Below the pieces are notes generated by a model. It did not search any database. It saw only the letters and a list, made by a program, of their open reading frames with translations, and was not told the DNA's origin. From an uncultured Candidatus Saccharibacteria bacterium (lineage in GTDB: Bacteria > Patescibacteriota > Minisyncoccia > Phycocordibacterales > UBA6899): 64,000 bases of DNA. The position numbers were made by a program, and so were the translations under genes. The DNA is taken from the NCBI GenBank assembly GCA_964469335.1, contig CAYXYK010000001.1, forward strand, positions 78,501-142,500, given 5' to 3'. Position 1 is the first letter of the stretch; each line of letters opens with the position of its first letter. Shown here piece after piece: positions 58,020 through 64,000 of this stretch.

Positions 58020-59171
58020 ATGATTGATACGATCATTCTCACCATCCCGAGAGAGAACTTCCACATCCTTGCCGACAAAGGACGGCTCGGAACTGACTGG
58101 GAGCTCTCAGGGAAAACGGCGATGTACGAGAAGTGGGTGCGCAATCCCAAGCGAGCGCACAAAGAAACGGGTAACTATTACCCACGAATTACTGGCTACC
58201 GACGAAGCAAGACGAGCGAGTCGGCACGCATCGAGTTTTCGATCCCCAAGCTTATCTTCGGTAATAACTTGGACGAAGTCTCAGACGCTGACTTTCCCCT
58301 CATCGTGAGCACTCTTCGCGAAAGACTCTTTGAGCTTGGGGTCGTGATCACTGAGAAAGTACTTCGATCGGCAAAAGTACTTGCTTTCCATCCCTCGAAA
58401 AACATTCCCCTTTCGGGTGGGTATACCTCGTCACTCGCACTGAGGGAACTCTCAAAGATAAACCTTGCGAAACGATTTGACCTCAACAAGTCGGACTTCC
58501 GAAACTCTGGGCAAAGTCTTCAGGGATACACAATCGCTCACTCACTTGTCTTCTATGACAAAATCGCAGACCTTGCGAAACCAGAGAAGCGAGCGGTCGA
58601 CAAAGACCAGACTGCCCAGCAACCATCACTATTTCAGGAAATACAAAAGAAGACTCCTGAACTTGAAGTACTCCGCATGGAAGTACGGCTGAGTCGCAAA
58701 CAAAAAATGAACGAGGTGCTAAAAAAGATGGGATACGCAGTCGACCCCACTTTCGAAGAAGTATTTTCAAAGACACTGTGCAAGGAAATCGTCTCAGATT
58801 ACTGGGCATCATTTGTAACCGATAAAAATCTCTTTCTCTTTGACCTTGCTTCATCACCCCCACAACTTCTGCGTCGAATGCTCGCCGAGAGCATAAAGCC
58901 CAAGGAGGCAATCTACTTGATCGGGCTCACCATTCTCTCTCGAGAGGAGGGCGGTATACGTGAAGTTCGCTCAGTTATTGAAAAGAAGCACGGCATACGA
59001 GGTTGGTATCGCATTGCCGAGGGACTAAAACGCTTAAACGTAAAAACAAAGCAAAAACAGTGCCATTCTTGGGTTCGACAAGTAAGCAGTGCTATCGAAA
59101 AATTTGACTCATTTCGATTTGCACGTGCTAACGAGTTATCTACTTACCATGTAAAGCAAAGTAAAGTATGA
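58020..59171 (+). CDS. Rep-like protein (possible rolling-circle replication initiator, Rep_trans-like)
   Basis: SLVFYDKIADL (YDK) and RMEVRL (RxExR) motifs as recalled from phage/plasmid replication-initiation factors; 383 aa; stop overlaps next start (ATGA). Confidence 0.3.
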   Translation: MIDTIILTIPRENFHILADKGRLGTDWELSGKTAMYEKWVRNPKRAHKETGNYYPRITGYRRSKTSESARIEFSIPKLIFGNNLDEVSDADFPLIVSTLRERLFELGVVITEKVLRSAKVLAFHPSKNIPLSGGYTSSLALRELSKINLAKRFDLNKSDFRNSGQSLQGYTIAHSLVFYDKIADLAKPEKRAVDKDQTAQQPSLFQEIQKKTPELEVLRMEVRLSRKQKMNEVLKKMGYAVDPTFEEVFSKTLCKEIVSDYWASFVTDKNLFLFDLASSPPQLLRRMLAESIKPKEAIYLIGLTILSREEGGIREVRSVIEKKHGIRGWYRIAEGLKRLNVKTKQKQCHSWVRQVSSAIEKFDSFRFARANELSTYHVKQSKV

Positions 59172-59365
59172 TTATAGACATGAAAAAAGGAGGTTCAGAC
59201 GAGTTTTATCGCGCCGAAGAGCTCGCAGATGTGCTCAAGTTAAACATTATGACTATCTACCGCTATATCAAGGCGGGAAGATTAAAGGCATACAAGATTG
59301 GCAAAGAGTATCGGATCGACAAAACCGAGTTCCAAGCGTTTCTCAAAAAAGTAAGTACCAAATAA
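59168..59365 (+). CDS. Excisionase-family helix-turn-helix DNA-binding protein
   Basis: ELADVLKLNIMTIYRYIKAGRLKAYKIGKEYRIDKTEFQAFL typical MerR-like excisionase/Xis HTH; 65 aa; 1-nt gap to downstream helicase gene. Confidence 0.65.
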   Translation: MIIDMKKGGSDEFYRAEELADVLKLNIMTIYRYIKAGRLKAYKIGKEYRIDKTEFQAFLKKVSTK

Positions 59366-59366
59366 T

Positions 59367-62300
59367 ATGAACCACCCTAAAATAATCGACAACAACAGAA
59401 AGTTCCTCAAAGATACCCTTATCGAAGTGTCGAAGGAGTATTCTGAAATCTCTATCGCTACGGGCTACTGGGATCTTGAGGGTATGAAACTTATCCTCCC
59501 CGAGATTGAGGGGTACAAAAAAATCCGCCTTCTCATTGGACGTGAGCCGATGATCGCTCGCTATCACATGCAAATGCCTGAGCCCGATTATCCAGACAAG
59601 GACTTCAAATACGATCTCGCTGCACTCAAGCCCGACTCGTCGCTTACTGAAACAGTTGCGAAGATCAAAGAGCTCATCGAGAAAGGAACTCTTGAAGTCC
59701 GCGTCTATCGCAAAAACTTCCTTCACGCAAAGTGCTATATCTTCGGAACATACACATCCGACACTGCGGTCGGTATCATTGGCTCATCAAACTTCACAAA
59801 GAACGGACTGACGCACAACACGGAGCTGAACGCACTTGAGTCAGATCACCGCATCGTACTTTCAGAACCCAAGACTGCAACACAGGAAGTCGGACACCTC
59901 TACTGGTTTGACTCGTTTTGGAATGACGAAACCACAGAAAAATGGAATGAGGAGTTTGGGGATATTCTCTCAATGTCCACCGTAGGGCACATCACCTACA
60001 GCCCGTATGAAATGTATATGGCTACCCTTTGGCATCTCTACAAAAACGAAGTTACTGATGAGATCACTCTCTCAGCCGATGCGACAAAAAACCTCTACGC
60101 CTTCCAGCAAAGGAATGCCCAGCTACTCATAAACAAAATCGAGAAGACGGGTCTTGCCATGCTCGCTGACTCTGTTGGTCTCGGAAAGACAATCACGGCT
60201 GGGGCTGTAATCAAGCACTATCTCGAGCAAGGAGCACGCCGTATCTATGTCATTGCCCCCGCACGCCTTATCCCCCAGTGGAAAGACGATCTTGCAGACA
60301 AGCATGACATTTTTGGTGGGTATGAGCTTGTGTCGATGCAAGACATGGGTGCTATTGAAGAAGAGATGTCTCGCGACAAATACCGCAACGTTGACCTCTT
60401 TATCATCGATGAAGCCCACAACCTCCGCAACGACAACAGCACGCGGCACGTACAGATCCTTGAGTGGTTCAGCAACAACCCCGAAAGCAAGGTATTGCTT
60501 CTCACGGCAACCCCAGTCAACAACCAACTCACCGACTTTGTAAACCAAATCCAGCTTGCAAGTAAGGGCAAGCTCGACTCATTCCCCATAGTGTTCACCA
60601 CGAGCAAGAAGCGTGAAGTGATCGACTTCTTTGAAGCAGTAAAGCGCCTCGTGAGCTATATCAAAGGACAAGAAAATGCCAACGAACCCGTTGACTGGGA
60701 TCGCGTAAACAAGGTCATGCGTCAGGGTCTCAAGCACTTCCTCGTGCGCTCGACGCGCAACGGTATTATGAAGGACTTCAACGGAGGACTCCTCGGCAAC
60801 GACGGCATCATGCGAGCATTCCCAACAAGTATCGTGAAGCCGACAGAATACAGTTTCTCGGCTGAAAATGACAAAATTGTATCCGAGCAAGTCGCAACGG
60901 CAGTCTCAACAAGTTTTGAGAGCAGAGATCCTCGCTCCATCGACATCGACAAGCTCGTATCTGTTACCCAGCGCACAGAGCATCCGCTCGACACAATGAA
61001 GACGGGAGCGTTATCAAGTGAGTGCACTCAATCAGGAGTATTCACAAACCTCTTCCAAATCGTGCTTACTTTCGGGTTTGCTCCATACAAAGCTCGTATT
61101 TACGAAAACAGATTTTACGGAAAAACTCCCGACGAAATCAAGGAATACAAACTCAAGCCAAAAGAGAGCTTTGCGCTTCTGAGTCAGATCAGCATTCACA
61201 ACATCATTCGCGTGAGCTTGCTCAAGCGCCTTGAGTCTTCCCCGTACGCCCTCAAAAACTCTATCCAAAACTATCTCAACAGACTCGCCACCTTCAGTGA
61301 GTGGCTCGAGAAGGGATACATTCTTTCCTTCAAAGACATTGCCGAACTCGTCAAAGAATACGGGGATGATCTCGAGGAGATGCCAACTGATGCTCTTGAT
61401 GAGAAGATTGTTGCAGATCCAAGTGTCTACAATATCGAGGCGCTCAAGAACGACATTCTTCGTGATCAAAAAATCGCAAAGACCCTCATCGAGCTGTGTA
61501 ACGCCATCGAGAAGCACGACGACAAGCTTATCCGCTTTGTGGAACTCATAAAGGAAATAAAACAAACGACAGGAAGCAAGAAGATACTCGTCTTTAGTTT
61601 CTACGCTGACACCATCAAATACCTCGAGAAAAACCTCGGAGCGTACTTGAGCGAGTCGGAAATGAAGGAGGCATCGTTCGTTACTGGTGCAAATGCGCTC
61701 GACATCAAGCAGATCACAGGGCGCTTCTCTCCACTATCAAAAGGGTTCACTGTCGACGCAGAACATCCTGCGATTAACTATCTCTTCGCAACGGACGTGC
61801 TCTCTGAGGGACAGAACCTCCAAGACTGCCCCGTGCTCGTGAACTTCGACCTCCACTGGAACCCTGTCCGCATGATCCAACGAAACGGTCGCATCAATCG
61901 CCTTGGCTCTCAGTATGACACCGTCTATGTCTACAACATGGCACCAGAGAAGCAGCTCGAGACATACCTCAAGCTCGTGAAGCGACTCGAACAGAAGATC
62001 AACAAAATCGCACACACCATTGGCACAGATCAGTCGATACTTGGGGAGCAGGAAAATCCACTTGAATATATCGACCAAGTAGAGGACGTAAACAAAGTAA
62101 CCGAGCTCTATGACGAAGCAACTGCAAGCAAGGCACTTCTCGCCCTCGAAGACGACGCAGACTTCCTCACTGAAGATGAGTATATTTTTGAACTACGCAG
62201 TTTCCTGAAAAATAGTACCGAAAAGGAAATCGAGACGGTCAAAAATGTCGCAGTTGGAAAATGGGGCTATCTTCCCGAAGTAAGGCGGAAAGTGGTCGAG

Positions 62301-62846
62301 ACCCCCGACGTAATCGGGCTCACACAAACGATGATCCAAGAAGATGAGCAAAAGGACTTGTATCCCGTCGACATATTCGTGGAATACCAAGGTCTCGATG
62401 GAAAAGTCGAAGTAATCGATACTATCGATGCTTTAACACACATCAAAACAACTCCAGAAGACTCGAAGCGCACCACTGATGCGATCAAGACCAACAAAGA
62501 CCGTTCGTTTATCAAGAAGCTCATGGAAAGCCAAGCGGTCGAAGAGGCGACAGCTGAAGCATTAGTATTCAAAAAGACTCGTTCAGTGGAAATCGTCCTC
62601 GATGCTGTCGCAAGGGCTCTTCCTCAACTTCAGCTCAGTGCCGCACTTGATCGGATCGACTCCAAGCTCGAGCTCAAGAAAACACGAAAACTTTTCACTG
62701 AAGCAAAGGAGGACATCAAGACCTACGAGCAGTTGCGCCCGATCACACTTGAGAAGTTTGTCTCACTCGCCAAAGAACTGACGAAGGAGCAGAAGCCGCA
62801 GAAATCCGTAGACAACATCAGCACACTATTATTCTATGCAAAGTAA
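59367..62846 (+). CDS. PLD-family nuclease :: SNF2-family helicase fusion protein (1159 aa)
   Basis: N-term single HKD motif LHAKCYIFGT...VGIIGSSNFTKNGL. SNF2 motifs LADSVGLGKTITAG (I), DLFIIDEAHNLRN (II, DEAH), LLLTATPVNNQLTDF (III), QRNGRINRLGSQ (VI). Confidence 0.8.
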   Translation: MNHPKIIDNNRKFLKDTLIEVSKEYSEISIATGYWDLEGMKLILPEIEGYKKIRLLIGREPMIARYHMQMPEPDYPDKDFKYDLAALKPDSSLTETVAKIKELIEKGTLEVRVYRKNFLHAKCYIFGTYTSDTAVGIIGSSNFTKNGLTHNTELNALESDHRIVLSEPKTATQEVGHLYWFDSFWNDETTEKWNEEFGDILSMSTVGHITYSPYEMYMATLWHLYKNEVTDEITLSADATKNLYAFQQRNAQLLINKIEKTGLAMLADSVGLGKTITAGAVIKHYLEQGARRIYVIAPARLIPQWKDDLADKHDIFGGYELVSMQDMGAIEEEMSRDKYRNVDLFIIDEAHNLRNDNSTRHVQILEWFSNNPESKVLLLTATPVNNQLTDFVNQIQLASKGKLDSFPIVFTTSKKREVIDFFEAVKRLVSYIKGQENANEPVDWDRVNKVMRQGLKHFLVRSTRNGIMKDFNGGLLGNDGIMRAFPTSIVKPTEYSFSAENDKIVSEQVATAVSTSFESRDPRSIDIDKLVSVTQRTEHPLDTMKTGALSSECTQSGVFTNLFQIVLTFGFAPYKARIYENRFYGKTPDEIKEYKLKPKESFALLSQISIHNIIRVSLLKRLESSPYALKNSIQNYLNRLATFSEWLEKGYILSFKDIAELVKEYGDDLEEMPTDALDEKIVADPSVYNIEALKNDILRDQKIAKTLIELCNAIEKHDDKLIRFVELIKEIKQTTGSKKILVFSFYADTIKYLEKNLGAYLSESEMKEASFVTGANALDIKQITGRFSPLSKGFTVDAEHPAINYLFATDVLSEGQNLQDCPVLVNFDLHWNPVRMIQRNGRINRLGSQYDTVYVYNMAPEKQLETYLKLVKRLEQKINKIAHTIGTDQSILGEQENPLEYIDQVEDVNKVTELYDEATASKALLALEDDADFLTEDEYIFELRSFLKNSTEKEIETVKNVAVGKWGYLPEVRRKVVETPDVIGLTQTMIQEDEQKDLYPVDIFVEYQGLDGKVEVIDTIDALTHIKTTPEDSKRTTDAIKTNKDRSFIKKLMESQAVEEATAEALVFKKTRSVEIVLDAVARALPQLQLSAALDRIDSKLELKKTRKLFTEAKEDIKTYEQLRPITLEKFVSLAKELTKEQKPQKSVDNISTLLFYAK

Positions 62847-64000
62847 TTATCAAAATAGTATAAACGCGGCGCTCAAAGAGCTCGCTACCACAAGAAGCAT
62901 TTCTTCGGGGCTATTGGTCTGCAATGCCCTTCTTGAGCACATGGGTATCGAGACAAAGACCGTTGAAGACATTGAACTCTCAAAACTCAAGCTCCCCAAT
63001 GCGGAGCGCTATGACCGATGGTTTGATGCACACCCTCACTTTCGAGGGGATCGTGCATGTTTTGACCTTGCTCAAAAAGGCGACCTACTTGAGGCAAAGT
63101 TTTACGCCCTCCAAAAGAGATCAAAGCTTTTCATTGCAGGGAGCGTGACATTCACTCCCAACTTCGAAGACCGTGAGTACACGCGCACCGATCCGAGCAT
63201 GAAGGTAGGTATCGACTTCTTCCTGACTCCCGAAAAGGACGCTGTGATCGTCGTGCTTTCAAACAAGGGCAGTCTCAGACTCGTAGAGCTCTCGGGTAGA
63301 CTGACAAATACCCAACACGAGATATTCACAGTCTGGCACAACGTTGCAAAGCTGGCTGACAAAAATGCACTGCATACAACCATTTGGGAAAGCTTCAAGC
63401 TTTCAAGTCTCAACAAGAAGTTCTATGAGGGAATTGCAAATAGCTTCACCACCCTTACCCAGCATCTCCAGAAAGATGGGGTCGATGAACAGCTCTCAAA
63501 CCAATTCGCCAGCAGACTGCACGGAAGACTACTCTTCCTTTGGTTCTTGCGCAAGAAGCACATCATCAATGAAGCAAAGGAATACTTTACTCTTGAGGAT
63601 CAGGGCGACACCAAATACTATGCATATACGCTCAGCACTCTCTTCTTTAATGTCTTAAATAATGAAGACCATAAAGACGTCGACCCTGTCACGCCGTACC
63701 TCAACGGAGGACTCTTTGATCAGGATGCCGACGGTAAATACTGGAATACCCACAAGCCCTCATTCCCGACGGGCTTCTTCAAGACGCTCTATGACCACTT
63801 CGACTCCTTCAACTTCACCACAGATGAGTCAACACCTGAATACGAGCAGATCGCCATTGATCCTGAAATGCTCGGTCGCATCTTTGAAAGCTTCCTTGCG
63901 ACCCTCAAAACAGAGACGGGTGCACAGGCAAAGAAAGCCAACGGTGCATTCTACACCCCTCGAGAAATAGTGAGCTACATGTCTCGTGAGAGCTTACGCC
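62836..64000 (+). CDS. N6-adenine DNA methyltransferase, PglX / MmeI-like (type IIG/IIL-BREX/DISARM DrmMI-like), 5' partial (continues past window end)
   Basis: Open frame from ATG 62836 to window end with no stop (not in ORF track). PYLNGGLFDQ, IDPEMLGRIFESFLA and GAFYTPREIVSYM (motif X) are hallmarks of the PglX/MmeI family. 11-nt overlap with helicase gene. Confidence 0.75.
   Translation, partial: MQSNYQNSINAALKELATTRSISSGLLVCNALLEHMGIETKTVEDIELSKLKLPNAERYDRWFDAHPHFRGDRACFDLAQKGDLLEAKFYALQKRSKLFIAGSVTFTPNFEDREYTRTDPSMKVGIDFFLTPEKDAVIVVLSNKGSLRLVELSGRLTNTQHEIFTVWHNVAKLADKNALHTTIWESFKLSSLNKKFYEGIANSFTTLTQHLQKDGVDEQLSNQFASRLHGRLLFLWFLRKKHIINEAKEYFTLEDQGDTKYYAYTLSTLFFNVLNNEDHKDVDPVTPYLNGGLFDQDADGKYWNTHKPSFPTGFFKTLYDHFDSFNFTTDESTPEYEQIAIDPEMLGRIFESFLATLKTETGAQAKKANGAFYTPREIVSYMSRESLR

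Larger units (their letters stand above)
50006..59365. mobile_element. Candidate integrative element/satellite-like module (RHH, P-loop NTPase, large serine recombinase with adjacent palindrome, ImmA peptidase, Rep-like, Xis-like HTH); boundaries uncertain
   Basis: Gene content plus low GC relative to first 43 kb; no flanking direct repeats identified by eye. Confidence 0.3.

Noticed and set aside
59343-59726. 127-aa minus-strand ORF
   Set aside because: Antisense to the N-terminal PLD domain of the helicase fusion, whose HKD motif is intact.

Overview
This 64 kb window comes from an uncultivated bacterium with moderate to high GC (about 55-60% over the first 43 kb). It has giant secreted multidomain proteins, possibly Patescibacteria/CPR-like or another environmental lineage; no rRNA or tRNA lies in the window to anchor taxonomy. 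The window splits into two parts.

Positions 1-43,150 form a host-like backbone on which most genes sit on the minus strand.
- One cell-envelope and polysaccharide cluster holds a class II CPD photolyase, a PAP2 phosphatase, GalE, a protein with thrombospondin-type-3 (TSP3) repeats and a peptidoglycan-binding domain, a 2105-aa surface protein, a processive GT2 synthase and a GH26 hydrolase. The 2105-aa protein carries a glucose/sorbosone-dehydrogenase beta-propeller (SGDH), a PKD domain, Ig-like domains, about five CBM_4_9 modules and a split NodB deacetylase.
- Housekeeping and membrane genes follow: a YvcK-like protein, a VIT1 transporter, DedA and pyruvate kinase.
- An 1143-aa beta-helix/lipase/Ig protein, an Excalibur protein and a heterodimeric ABC exporter pair come next.
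- A META-domain lipoprotein-like gene sits beside an ArsR-rhodanese-MBL sulfur cluster, a LigT-like 2H phosphoesterase, a tandem pair of diverging secreted paralogs and an L,D-transpeptidase.

From about 43,150 to the window end GC drops sharply (about 30-45%) and the content turns accessory: a DUF3800-like gene, a frameshifted pseudogene, and an AT-rich five-gene minus-strand operon of unknown function. That operon has candidate PD-(D/E)xK and HEPN-like signatures. Next comes a standalone OLD-family ATPase-Toprim nuclease. A mobile-element module follows: an RHH protein, a P-loop NTPase, a large serine recombinase whose start codon sits in an imperfect 31-bp-arm palindrome, an ImmA/IrrE peptidase, a Rep-like protein and an excisionase-type HTH. 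The window ends in an operon encoding a PLD-nuclease::SNF2-helicase fusion (1159 aa) followed by a PglX/MmeI-like N6-adenine methyltransferase, truncated at the window end. This looks like the start of a DISARM class 1-like or BREX-related defence system with an unusual PLD-helicase fusion.

All functional calls rest on motif recognition by eye; no database searches were run.
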